From the IMG/VR virus record IMGVR_UViG_3300022177_000073, positions 1-48,683 of that record: DNA of 48,683 nucleotides. One strand, written 5' to 3'. Of this stretch, positions 26,223 through 35,662 are shown piece after piece (the stretch's first letter is position 1; the number at the start of each line of letters is the position of its first letter). Under the pieces are notes generated by a model. It saw only the letters and a list, made by a program, of their open reading frames with translations, had not been told where the DNA came from and searched no databases. The position numbers and the translations under genes were made by a program. The stretch comes from a virus. Taxonomy: Duplodnaviria > Caudoviricetes.

Positions 26223-28032
26223 GAAACCTATGACCCTCGGCAGCCTTTTCGATGGCTCCGGGGGATTTCCTTTGGGAGGCTTGATTTCCGGCATTACCCC
26301 TTTGTGGGCATCGGAAGTTGAGCCTTTTCCTATTCGTGTAACAAGCAAGCGTATCCCGCAGATGAAACACCTCGGAGATATTTCTGCCATAAGCGGTGCG
26401 GAGATTGACCCCGTGGACATCATCACTTTCGGTTCTCCCTGCCAGGATATGAGTGTGGCGGGAAAACGCAGCGGTCTTGATGGAGAACGCTCCTGCCTGT
26501 TCTACGAAGCAATCCGAATCGTAAAAGAAATGAGGTGTAAAACCAATGGCGAATATCCAAGATACATCGTGTGGGAAAATGTCCCCGGTGCCTTCTCCTC
26601 AAACGCAGGAGAAGATTTCAAAGCCGTCCTCGAAGCAGTCGCATCCGTCAAAGGCGACTATGCTGTACCTTGTCCTCCAAAAGGAAAATGGACAGGAGCA
26701 GGAGAACTGTTGGGAGACGGTTTCAGTATCGCATGGAGATGCGTTGACGCGCAGTATTGGGGAGTTCCCCAGAGAAGAAGACGTATCTATCTTGTCGCAG
26801 ATTTTAATGGTGGGTGTGCCGGAAAAATATTATTTGAGTCAGAAGGCTTGCTTAGGAATCTTGAGGCGAGCCGATGCCCGTGGAAAAGAACTGCCGGAAC
26901 TTCTGAAGAAAGCACTCCTGCGACAGGCATCGTCTTAAATGACCAGGGTGGCGACCGAATGGATGTCACCGATGATGTGACCTGCACCCTCCGTGCCGAG
27001 GCACACCATCCACCTTGCGTGATGGAGTCTGCGGGATTTTGTACGGAGCATTCTGCCGACAGCCGTGGCATTGGCTATGAGACGGAAAAATCTCCAACGC
27101 TCCGAGCGGGCGTTGTTCCTGCAACCGTTTATGAAAATCACTCCCAGGATACCCGCTATGTGGGTCCCCTTGATGTGGCACAGACCGTGGCGGCTACTTA
27201 CGGCACAGGCGGAAACAATCAGCCGTTTGTGGTAGAGCCGACCGCTTTCGGTGTCTGCTCCAAGGACAGCAATGCCATGAAATCGGCAAACCCCAACAGC
27301 GGTTTTTATAAAGCAGATACCTCCCGTACCCTTGATGGGAACGGTGGTAACCCCACCTGCAACCAGGGCGGCATTGCCATTGTGGAAGGCAACGGCTCCC
27401 GACCTTCCCACCACGGCAACGGTTATGCGGAAAGTGATGTCATGTACACCTTAAACACCGTAGACCGCCACGCCGTTGTTTACGCCATCGACCGTGAAAG
27501 CTATAACTGCGGTCAGAACTTCGCAAGGAACATGGGAATCAGTGATGAGGGTGTCAATTCCACACTGAAAGCCACGGGACCCGATGCGGTTGCCGTTCCC
27601 ACCTACTCAAGCAGCAAGGCATCGTTCTTTACTTCTGCGGAAGAGGAACTTGCCAACACTTTAGTAGCTACGGATTACAAAGACCCTCCGCTTGTCAATG
27701 ACACAGATTCGGATCTGGAATACATTGTCCGCAGACTCACTCCAACGGAGTGTGCAAGGCTCCAGGGATTTCCGGATTGGTGGTGTGCTGACCTTGGTGA
27801 GAAACTTCCTTCTGAAGAGGAACTCACACGGTGGGCAGAAATCTTTGAAACACATCGTAAGATTGTGGGAACATCAAGCAAACCAAAGACACGAAAACAG
27901 ATATTCAAGTGGCTGCAAAACCCTCATTCTGATTCGGCGGAGTATAAGATGTGGGGCAACGGCGTGGCACTGCCCAATGTGGTGTATGTGCTGACAGGCA
28001 TCGTGTACTATACACAAAATGAAGGGGTGTAA
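26215..28032 (+). CDS. Phage DNA (cytosine-5)-methyltransferase with an expanded multi-TRD variable region
   Basis: SLFDGSGG, GSPCQD, WENVPG, QRRRR, RRLTPTECARLQGFPD, GNGV. Confidence 0.9.
   Translation: MNKKPMTLGSLFDGSGGFPLGGLISGITPLWASEVEPFPIRVTSKRIPQMKHLGDISAISGAEIDPVDIITFGSPCQDMSVAGKRSGLDGERSCLFYEAIRIVKEMRCKTNGEYPRYIVWENVPGAFSSNAGEDFKAVLEAVASVKGDYAVPCPPKGKWTGAGELLGDGFSIAWRCVDAQYWGVPQRRRRIYLVADFNGGCAGKILFESEGLLRNLEASRCPWKRTAGTSEESTPATGIVLNDQGGDRMDVTDDVTCTLRAEAHHPPCVMESAGFCTEHSADSRGIGYETEKSPTLRAGVVPATVYENHSQDTRYVGPLDVAQTVAATYGTGGNNQPFVVEPTAFGVCSKDSNAMKSANPNSGFYKADTSRTLDGNGGNPTCNQGGIAIVEGNGSRPSHHGNGYAESDVMYTLNTVDRHAVVYAIDRESYNCGQNFARNMGISDEGVNSTLKATGPDAVAVPTYSSSKASFFTSAEEELANTLVATDYKDPPLVNDTDSDLEYIVRRLTPTECARLQGFPDWWCADLGEKLPSEEELTRWAEIFETHRKIVGTSSKPKTRKQIFKWLQNPHSDSAEYKMWGNGVALPNVVYVLTGIVYYTQNEGV
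26546..26938 (+). CDS. Overprinted alternative-frame protein, M.EcoHK31I beta-subunit-like
   Basis: GAGGTG RBS (26532-26537) 8 nt before the ATG; protein-like C-terminus LSQIL...VPEKYYLSQKACLGILRRADARGKELPELLKKAL. Confidence 0.65.
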   Translation: MANIQDTSCGKMSPVPSPQTQEKISKPSSKQSHPSKATMLYLVLQKENGQEQENCWETVSVSHGDALTRSIGEFPREEDVSILSQILMVGVPEKYYLSQKACLGILRRADARGKELPELLKKALLRQASS

Positions 28033-28131
28033 ATCTACAAACTTTCTCCCTTGTATTTTGCACATATTACTTGCTATTTTAAGCCTTTAGAGTGATATAT
28101 GTAGTACCGAAAATTAAAGGAGGTACTCATA

Positions 28132-28851
28132 ATGAGAATTGAATTTCAAGTAACAGGAAGTGACCGAAAGGCACTGGTTACGGCAATGGCAGAAATCCTG
28201 GGTGTAAAGGCAAAATACATGGGGATGCCAAGCATGAACTACGAGGTGGATTATTTCACGGTAACAAAGGACGGCACGGTGGAGTTTGATGACAGAGTCG
28301 ACAGCGAGGAAATCGAGCAGTTGCTTGACGGTCTTGCTGACAAAGGCTTTGTTGCAGCTCCCGCAGAAATGGCGGAAACTTGGCTCGAAAAAAGAGCCGA
28401 GGAATTATCCGAAGAACCTTTTGCCGAGCCACAGGGCGAAACAGTGGGGCTTACGGTGGCGATTCCCCTTGATAAGGTTGCAGTCGGTAACCTTACAAAC
28501 CTTCTGGATGCCAAGGGAGGTCTTATTAAGAAGGCGTTGGACATTCCGGCAACACCAATCGAAATCGGCGAGGACAGGGTTTCCTTTCCTTGGTTTGAAG
28601 ATGGGTTGGATGCCGATGAGGTCAAGGCTTACAGCCACTTCATTGCTGCCCTTTGCGAAATGAGTAAAAATCAGAAACGCATCAACGCTACGGAAAAAGC
28701 GGTGGAAAACGAGAAATACGCATTCCGCTGTTTTCTCCTCCGTCTCGGCTTTATCGGAAACGAATACAAGACCGAGCGAAAAATCCTGCTCCGCAACCTT
28801 TCCGGCAGCAGTGCTTTCAAAGGAGGTGCCAAGCATGAGATTTCCGAATAA
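28132..28851 (+). CDS. Conserved hypothetical phage protein
   Basis: AAGGAGG RBS; C-terminal ENEKYAFRCFLLRLGFIG..YK..RKILLRNLSGSSAF block. Confidence 0.8.
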   Translation: MRIEFQVTGSDRKALVTAMAEILGVKAKYMGMPSMNYEVDYFTVTKDGTVEFDDRVDSEEIEQLLDGLADKGFVAAPAEMAETWLEKRAEELSEEPFAEPQGETVGLTVAIPLDKVAVGNLTNLLDAKGGLIKKALDIPATPIEIGEDRVSFPWFEDGLDADEVKAYSHFIAALCEMSKNQKRINATEKAVENEKYAFRCFLLRLGFIGNEYKTERKILLRNLSGSSAFKGGAKHEISE

Positions 28852-29221
28852 AGAGGCAGTCGAGCGTGTACGCAAAGCCTACCCTGTAGGCTGCCGTGTG
28901 GAACTGGTGCAGATGGAAGATATGCAGGCACCACCCATTGGCACGAAGGGTACGGTTCGAGGGGTGGATGATACTGCCTCCATCATGGTTCGTTGGGATA
29001 ACGGCTCCGGCTTGAATGTGGTGTACGGTGTCGATAGTTGTCGAAAACTGGATGCCGTGAAGATTACCTGCTACGGTCAGACGGAAGTCTGGGACAGCAG
29101 AAAAGACGCAGCAGATTTCTACCTCAGAGCCATTGCAGGTTCCGAGGGCAGCGAGTGTGAACGCTACACTAAAATCTATACCGAGTTGCTTATGGGCAAG
29201 GAGGTCTGCACCGATGAATAA
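28835..29221 (+). CDS. DUF4314-like protein
   Basis: YPVGCRVELVQM...PIGTKGTV..VDD...VRWDNGSGL. Confidence 0.75.
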   Translation: MRFPNKEAVERVRKAYPVGCRVELVQMEDMQAPPIGTKGTVRGVDDTASIMVRWDNGSGLNVVYGVDSCRKLDAVKITCYGQTEVWDSRKDAADFYLRAIAGSEGSECERYTKIYTELLMGKEVCTDE

Positions 29222-29393
29222 AATCAAGGAACAGATACTCGCCATCCGAGCAACCGGACGAACCAATATGTTTGATGTACCGATGGTACAGTATATTGCC
29301 AACGAGATGCATTTTTACGAATTGGTGGTGTACCTTGAGGAACACCGAAAGGAATACACCCACTTCATTCTGACAGGCGAAATGGAGGACTGA
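29214..29393 (+). CDS. DUF5049-like small protein
   Basis: IKEQILAIRATGRTNMFD...YTHFILTG; AGGAGG RBS. Confidence 0.7.
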   Translation: MNKIKEQILAIRATGRTNMFDVPMVQYIANEMHFYELVVYLEEHRKEYTHFILTGEMED

Positions 29394-29395
29394 CT

Positions 29396-29635
29396 ATGTG
29401 GAAAGAAGGAACAATCGGGATTCCAAAGCCGGACGGCGGTTACAAGGCAGTCCATTACTGGATTAAGGTTTATGAGGAAGGCAGCCAGTTCGGCATCAAC
29501 GGTGGAAAAATCAGCAAGCTGATGCTGAAACTCGATGGCGAGATTATTGCCAACTATGACAGAGGTTGGGATGTTGAACCCACAACCGAAGAAGCCAACC
29601 TTGCCCTTTGTATTTTACTGAACGAACACAATTAA
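29396..29635 (+). CDS. Hypothetical phage protein
   Basis: GGAGG RBS; GINGGKISKL...NYDRGWD motif. Confidence 0.75.
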   Translation: MWKEGTIGIPKPDGGYKAVHYWIKVYEEGSQFGINGGKISKLMLKLDGEIIANYDRGWDVEPTTEEANLALCILLNEHN

Positions 29636-29747
29636 AAATCCTGTAAAGGCAGGACGGAGCCGTGAGGCTCTGTTCCTCGTATACGAAGGTCGCACCGATT
29701 ATGGTGGCGGCTATTTTTTATGCCATTTCTTGAGGAGGTGACGACAT

Positions 29748-31352
29748 TTGCGAAAACTGAAAAACTACAAACCAACTCGCTTTATGGCGGAGGGCAGCTA
29801 TTACGATAAGGATGCCGCCGACCACGCAGTATGTTTTATCGAAAAATTCTGCTGTCATACCAAAGGTACATGGGACGGGAAACCGTTTGAACTGATTGAC
29901 TGGCAGGAGCAGATTATCCGTGACATCTTCGGTATTTTGAAACCAAACGGATATAGGCAGTTCAACACAGCCTACATCGAGATACCGAAGAAACAAGGAA
30001 AATCGGAACTGGCGGCGGCAGTAGCACTTTATCTTCTGTGTGCCGACTTCGAGCCGGGTGCAGAGGTTTACGGCTGTGCTGCGGATAAAGACCAGGCGCG
30101 AATCGTCTTTGATGTTGCATTGGAGATGGTAAGGCGAAGTCCTCTGCTGAAAAATAAAATGACCATCCAGGCAAGCCAGAAGACCATGACCTACAACCCT
30201 ACGGGAAGTAAGTACAAGGCTCTGTCTGCGGATGTGGCAAACAAGCACGGTTTCAATACCCACGGCGTTATTTTTGATGAGCTGCATACCCAACCGAACA
30301 GAAAACTGTTTGATGTAATGACCAAAGGTTCCGGCGATGCAAGAATGCAGCCACTTTATTTCCTGATCACCACGGCGGGAAACGATACACAATCCATCTG
30401 CTATGAAATCCACCAAAAGGCAAAGGACATCATCGAAGGTCGAAAAGTTGACCCTACCTTCTACCCTGTGATTTACGGTGCAGAGGATGATGATGACTGG
30501 ACAGACCCGGAAGTATGGAAGAAAGCCAATCCCTCCCTTGGGGTGACTGTCGGCATTGATAAGGTGCAGCAAGCCTGTGAGCAGGCACAGCAGAACCCCG
30601 GCGAAGAGAACGCTTTCCGTCAGCTTCGTCTGAATCAGTGGGTCAAGCAGGCTGTCCGTTGGATGCCGATGGCGGTGTGGGATGCCTGTGCATTTCCGAC
30701 CGACAAATCCGAATTGGAAGGCCGTGTCTGCTACGGCGGTCTGGACTTGTCCTCCACAACGGATATCACGGCTTTTGTGTTGGTGTTCCCACCGGAAGAT
30801 GAGGATGATAAATACATCATTCTCCCGTACTTCTGGATACCGGAAGATAACATCGACCTGCGTGTGCGCCGTGACCATGTGCCGTATGACATTTGGGAAC
30901 GACAGGACTTGCTTATGACCACCGAGGGAAATGTAGTCCATTACGGTTACATCGAGAAATTCATCGAGTCTCTGGGTGAGAAATATAACATCCGTGAAAT
31001 CGCATATGACCGTTGGGGTGCTGTGCAGATGGTGCAGAACCTTGAAGGTATGGGATTCACGGTAGTGCCTTTCGGGCAAGGGTACAAGGATATGTCTCCT
31101 CCGACCAAGGAACTGATGAAACTTGCGATGGAGAAAAAACTGGCTCACGGCGGTCATCCGGTGCTGCGTTGGATGATGGATAACATCTACATCAAAACGG
31201 ACCCCGCGGGAAATATCAAAGCTGATAAAGCCAAATCCACAGAAAAGATTGACGGTGCCGTTGCTACCATTATGGCGCTCGACCGTGCAATCCGCTGTGG
31301 CAACACCAACAGTGCCAGCGTTTATGACGAGCGTGGCATTTTGTTTATTTAG
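29748..31352 (+). CDS. terL: Terminase large subunit
   Basis: Walker A PKKQGKS, Walker B VIFDELH, ITTAG, nuclease GGLDLS and KIDGAVA. Confidence 0.95.
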   Translation: MRKLKNYKPTRFMAEGSYYDKDAADHAVCFIEKFCCHTKGTWDGKPFELIDWQEQIIRDIFGILKPNGYRQFNTAYIEIPKKQGKSELAAAVALYLLCADFEPGAEVYGCAADKDQARIVFDVALEMVRRSPLLKNKMTIQASQKTMTYNPTGSKYKALSADVANKHGFNTHGVIFDELHTQPNRKLFDVMTKGSGDARMQPLYFLITTAGNDTQSICYEIHQKAKDIIEGRKVDPTFYPVIYGAEDDDDWTDPEVWKKANPSLGVTVGIDKVQQACEQAQQNPGEENAFRQLRLNQWVKQAVRWMPMAVWDACAFPTDKSELEGRVCYGGLDLSSTTDITAFVLVFPPEDEDDKYIILPYFWIPEDNIDLRVRRDHVPYDIWERQDLLMTTEGNVVHYGYIEKFIESLGEKYNIREIAYDRWGAVQMVQNLEGMGFTVVPFGQGYKDMSPPTKELMKLAMEKKLAHGGHPVLRWMMDNIYIKTDPAGNIKADKAKSTEKIDGAVATIMALDRAIRCGNTNSASVYDERGILFI

Positions 31353-31370
31353 GAAGGAGCGTGATTTGAT

Positions 31371-32735
31371 ATGGGTATCTTTACGGGAATGTTTAAATCC
31401 AGAGATAAGCCCGAAAACAGAACGGCGGGCAGTGCCTACACCTTTTATATGGGCGGCACGACTTCCGGCAAAGCAGTGACAGAGCGTTCTGCCATGCAGA
31501 TGACGGCGGTGTATTCCTGTGTCCGTATCCTGGCTGAAGCCGTGGCAGGCTTGCCTTTGCATTTATATAAATATAACGATGACGGCGGCAAGGAAAAAGC
31601 CATCGACCATCCGCTTTACCGACTGCTCCATGATGAGCCGAATCCGGAAATGAGTTCTTTCGTGTTCCGAGAGACACTCATGACCCATCTGCTCCTGTGG
31701 GGTAACGCCTACGCACAGGTTATCCGTAACGGCAAAAACGAGGTGGTGGCACTTTACCCTTTGATGCCAAACAAGATGAGTGTGGACAGAGATGAAAATG
31801 GGCATCTGTATTACACCTATTACCGTGGCCCCGATGAGGCCATTAAAAATAAGGACTTTGCAGTAACCCTGCAGCCTTCCGATGTGCTGCACATTCCCGG
31901 ACTCGGCTTTGACGGGTTGGTGGGATATTCTCCGATTGCTATGGCAAAGAACGCCATCGGCATGGCAATTGCCTGTGAGGAGTATGGTGCCAAGTTCTTC
32001 GCCAACGGTGCAACACCAGGTGGTGTCCTGGAACACCCAAGCACAATCAAAGACCCACAGAAGGTCAGAGAGAGTTGGCAGGCTGCCTTTGGAGGCAGTT
32101 CGAATTCAAACAAAGTGGCTGTCCTTGAAGAAGGAATGAAGTACACACCGATTTCCATTTCACCGGAACAGGCACAGTTTTTGGAAACACGCAAATTCCA
32201 AATCAATGAGATTGCTCGAATTTTCAGAGTCCCTCCCCACATGGTTGGCGACCTTGAGAAGTCGAGCTTTTCTAATATAGAGCAGCAGTCTCTTGAATTT
32301 GTAAAGTACACCCTTGACCCGTGGGTCATCCGCTGGGAACAGTCCATTATGAGGACATTGCTTTCCAATACGGAAAAGAAGGATTATTTTGTGAAATTCA
32401 ATCTGGAAGGTCTGCTCCGTGGCGATTACCAAAGCCGTATGAACGGTTATGCCATCGGTCGCCAGAACGGTTGGATGAGTGCAAACGACATCCGCGAACT
32501 GGAAAATCTCGACCGTATCCCTGGGGCAGAAGGTGGCGACCTTTACCTTATTAACGGCAATATGCTCCCTCTGAAAAATGCGGGTGCTTTTGCAAATACA
32601 ACTGACAATGACGGAAAGGAGGAAAAGCCCGATGAAGAAGTTCTGGAAGTGGAAGAACCAGGCACAGACGGAAACGATGCCGGAGGCGAGGACACTGTTT
32701 CTGAACGGAACAATCGCAGAAGAAAGCTGGTTTGA
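31371..32735 (+). CDS. HK97-family portal protein
   Basis: AVYSCVRILAE, LLWGNAYA, GYSPI, IARIFRVPPHMVG, SNIEQQ. Confidence 0.95.
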   Translation: MGIFTGMFKSRDKPENRTAGSAYTFYMGGTTSGKAVTERSAMQMTAVYSCVRILAEAVAGLPLHLYKYNDDGGKEKAIDHPLYRLLHDEPNPEMSSFVFRETLMTHLLLWGNAYAQVIRNGKNEVVALYPLMPNKMSVDRDENGHLYYTYYRGPDEAIKNKDFAVTLQPSDVLHIPGLGFDGLVGYSPIAMAKNAIGMAIACEEYGAKFFANGATPGGVLEHPSTIKDPQKVRESWQAAFGGSSNSNKVAVLEEGMKYTPISISPEQAQFLETRKFQINEIARIFRVPPHMVGDLEKSSFSNIEQQSLEFVKYTLDPWVIRWEQSIMRTLLSNTEKKDYFVKFNLEGLLRGDYQSRMNGYAIGRQNGWMSANDIRELENLDRIPGAEGGDLYLINGNMLPLKNAGAFANTTDNDGKEEKPDEEVLEVEEPGTDGNDAGGEDTVSERNNRRRKLV

Positions 32736-33363
32736 TGATGATGTTACGCCACAGCTTTTTAAGGATGAACTAAATGCAGGTTCCGGTGATATTACCGTTT
32801 GGATTAACTCACCCGGCGGTGATTGCGTGGCGGCCGCCCAGATCTACAATATGCTGATGGATTACAAGGGCAATGTCACGGTCAAGATTGACGGCATTGC
32901 GGCTTCTGCAGCATCCGTGATTGCGATGGCAGGCACAAAGGTTCTGATGTCCCCTGTGTCTATGATGATGATTCACAACCCTATGACCGTTGCTTTCGGT
33001 GATTCTGCGGAAATGCAGAAAGCAATTGAAATGCTCGGTAGCGTGAAGGATTCCATCATCAATGCATATGAAATCAAGACAGGATTGACCCGCACGAAGT
33101 TGTCCCACCTTATGGACGCTGAAACATGGATGGATGCAAATAAGGCCGTGGAACTCGGCTTTGCCGATGAAATCATGAAGCGTTCTGACAATGCCGAGAA
33201 TATGGAGCCACCCGTGGTTTCCATGCTTTATTCCAAGGCAAATGTGGTCAATTCTCTTATGGACAAGGTTGCCGCAAAGTGTGCAATCAAGTCCGAACCA
33301 ACCCGTAAAACCAAAGCCGATGACCTTATGGCAAGGCTAAATCTTATTAAAAATTGGAGGTAA
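32632..33363 (+). CDS. ClpP-type prohead maturation protease
   Basis: WINSPGGD, GIAASAASVIAM, MMIHNP, ETWM...A..LGFAD. Confidence 0.92.
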   Translation: MKKFWKWKNQAQTETMPEARTLFLNGTIAEESWFDDDVTPQLFKDELNAGSGDITVWINSPGGDCVAAAQIYNMLMDYKGNVTVKIDGIAASAASVIAMAGTKVLMSPVSMMMIHNPMTVAFGDSAEMQKAIEMLGSVKDSIINAYEIKTGLTRTKLSHLMDAETWMDANKAVELGFADEIMKRSDNAENMEPPVVSMLYSKANVVNSLMDKVAAKCAIKSEPTRKTKADDLMARLNLIKNWR

Positions 33364-33369
33364 TTTATT

Positions 33370-34572
33370 ATGACTATCAACGAATTGCGCGAAAAGCGTA
33401 ACCAGGCTTGGCAGGCTGCAAAGGCTTTTGTGGAAACCAAGCGCGACAAGGACGGTCTGCTTTCCGATGAGGACGCAAGGACCTATGCACAGATGGAGAA
33501 GAAGGTTCAGGACTACGGTGCTGAAATTGAGCGTATGGAAGCTATGTCCGCTATGGATGCCCAGCTTTCCAAGCCTACCTCTGCTCCTATTACGGAAAAG
33601 CCTATGAACGGCAAACCTATGGACGGTCAGAAGGCAAAGACCGGACGTGCTTCTGATGCCTACAAGGACGGTATGCTCAAGGCTCTCCGTACCAACTTCC
33701 GTAACGTGTCCAATGTTCTCCAGGAGGGCGTGGATGCCGACGGCGGTTACCTTGTACCGGAAGAGTATGACACTCGTTTGATTGAGGCATTGGAGGAAGA
33801 GAACATCTTCCGTAAGCTGGGTCACACCATCACTACCAGCGGTGAGCGTAAAATCAACATCGCTGCCACTAAGCCTGCGGCTGCGTGGATTGACGAGGGT
33901 GAGGAACTCACTTGGGGTGATGCAAAATTCGCCCAGATTAATCTGGATGCCCACAAACTCCATGTTGCTGTTAAGGTGACTGAGGAACTTCTGTATGACA
34001 ACGCTTTCGGTCTTGAGAATTACATCATCCGTCAGTTCTCCAAGGCTCTTGCAAATGCAGAAGAGGACGCATTCCTCAACGGTACCGGTACCGGTCAGCC
34101 TTTGGGTCTGCTTGCTACCGATGGCGGTGCTGAAATCGGTGTGACTGCTGCGTCTGCAACGGAAATCACTGCCGATGAAATCATCGACCTTGTGTACTCC
34201 CTCAAGCGTTCTTACCGTAAGAACGCCAAGTTTATCTGCAACGACCAGACTTTGGCAGCCATCCGTAAGCTGACTGACAAGAACGGCCGTTACCTTTGGC
34301 AGGATTCCGTACAGGCGGGAGAACCTGGCAGACTCTTGGGTTATGAGGTATACACTTCTCCTTATTTCCCTGTAATCACTGCGGGAATGCCTGCCATTGC
34401 CTTCGGTGACTACAGCTACTACAACATCGGTGACCGTGGTACCCGTTCCTTTGCGGAACTCAAGGAACTCTTCGCCGGAAACGGTATGGTCGGTTTTGTT
34501 GCTAAGGAGCGTGTGGACGGTAAGCTGGTACTTGCTGAAGCAGTAAAACTGCTCACTATGGCTACTGCCTAA
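33370..34572 (+). CDS. HK97-fold major capsid protein
   Basis: Coiled-coil delta domain, DGGYLVPEE, ELLYD, NGTGTGQPLG, FGDYS. Confidence 0.95.
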   Translation: MTINELREKRNQAWQAAKAFVETKRDKDGLLSDEDARTYAQMEKKVQDYGAEIERMEAMSAMDAQLSKPTSAPITEKPMNGKPMDGQKAKTGRASDAYKDGMLKALRTNFRNVSNVLQEGVDADGGYLVPEEYDTRLIEALEEENIFRKLGHTITTSGERKINIAATKPAAAWIDEGEELTWGDAKFAQINLDAHKLHVAVKVTEELLYDNAFGLENYIIRQFSKALANAEEDAFLNGTGTGQPLGLLATDGGAEIGVTAASATEITADEIIDLVYSLKRSYRKNAKFICNDQTLAAIRKLTDKNGRYLWQDSVQAGEPGRLLGYEVYTSPYFPVITAGMPAIAFGDYSYYNIGDRGTRSFAELKELFAGNGMVGFVAKERVDGKLVLAEAVKLLTMATA

Positions 34573-34589
34573 GATGGGAGGTGGCAGTG

Positions 34590-34901
34590 ATGAGCGAACT
34601 TCTTACGAAAGTTAAGGAAAATCTGATACTGGAGCATTCGGTGGATGATGGACTGATTGAAAGGTTCATCACTGCCGCCGTTTCCTATGCGGAAAGCTAT
34701 CAGCACATCGAGGCAGGATATTATACGGAAAATGCGATGCCTGCAACCACGGAACAAGCCGTGATTATGTTGGCATCACATTTCTATGAGTCAAGGGACG
34801 GTTCTACGGGCGGATTCTTCGCCGACAATGTGCAGGCAGGTCAGCAGGTATGGAACACGGTCAACCTTCTGTTAAGGCTCGACCGAGATTGGAAGGTGTG
34901 A
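34590..34901 (+). CDS. Head-tail connector (gp6-like)
   Basis: KVKENLIL...DDGLI...AVIMLASHFYESR; position after the capsid gene. Confidence 0.85.
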   Translation: MSELLTKVKENLILEHSVDDGLIERFITAAVSYAESYQHIEAGYYTENAMPATTEQAVIMLASHFYESRDGSTGGFFADNVQAGQQVWNTVNLLLRLDRDWKV

Positions 34902-34902
34902 C

Positions 34903-35238
34903 ATGAGTTTCGGAAAAATGAACGGTTTTACAGATATCATTATTGCAAAACGCATCAAGGACAGCGAGGGTTTCACCACTACGGTGGATGAAATCCTTGC
35001 ATCTGTCCGTGTGTACAGAGAAGGACGCCACGGCAGTGAACGGTGGGCAAATCTTGCTGCATTCTCCGAGGCAACAGACCTGTTCCGCTTTCGATGTATT
35101 CCCGGTCTTAATGTTACCACCGACCACATTTTGGTCTGTGAGGATGGAAGGTTTGAAATCACATCCGTAGAGGATGTCAAGGGGCGTGGAATGTATACGG
35201 AGGTACTTGCGAAAAAGGTGGTGGCATCCGGTGGCTAA
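34903..35238 (+). CDS. Head closure / head-tail adaptor
   Basis: Position; FRFR...FEITSVEDVKGR pattern. Confidence 0.75.
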   Translation: MSFGKMNGFTDIIIAKRIKDSEGFTTTVDEILASVRVYREGRHGSERWANLAAFSEATDLFRFRCIPGLNVTTDHILVCEDGRFEITSVEDVKGRGMYTEVLAKKVVASGG

Positions 35239-35662
35239 AGTAGACATTAAGATGCCGGAGGACTTTCTGGAGCGTATCTCAAGGCTTGGTTCAGACTTTG
35301 ACCCTGTGGCACAAAAAGTGCTTGAAGCCGGAGGCGAGATTGTTCTTGCTAAGGCACAGAGCAACCTTTCTTCTGTAGTAGGAAGTGGTACAAAGTATGA
35401 ATCCCGCTCCACGGGAGAACTGGAAAGTGCCCTTGGTCTGTCTGCTGTGAAGATGGATAAAAACGGCAATCACAATATCAAGGTTGGTTTTGCAGAACCT
35501 CGCCGTGACGGTATCAGCAATGCGAAACTGGCCAACATCATCGAATACGGCAAACACGGTCAGCCTGCCAAACCTTTTATGAAACCTGCAAAAACGGCAT
35601 CCCGTGCTGCCTGTATCAGTGCCATGCAGGATAAATTTGAAGAGGAGGTCAGAAAGCTGTGA
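35231..35662 (+). CDS. HK97 gp10-like neck protein
   Basis: STGELES...IEYG...QPAKPFMKPA. Confidence 0.85.
   Translation: MAKVDIKMPEDFLERISRLGSDFDPVAQKVLEAGGEIVLAKAQSNLSSVVGSGTKYESRSTGELESALGLSAVKMDKNGNHNIKVGFAEPRRDGISNAKLANIIEYGKHGQPAKPFMKPAKTASRAACISAMQDKFEEEVRKL

Noticed and set aside
25404-26426. 340-aa minus-strand ORF (and similar ones at 43733-44719 and 46830-47789)
   Set aside because: Antisense shadows of well-supported + strand genes.
29718-31562. 614-aa minus-strand ORF
   Set aside because: Antisense shadow of terL/portal with no recognisable motifs; long antisense frames recur throughout this codon-biased prophage.
32632-32735. 104-nt overlap of the portal and protease genes
   Set aside because: A low-complexity portal tail overlapping the next gene is common in HK97-type modules; not treated as novel.
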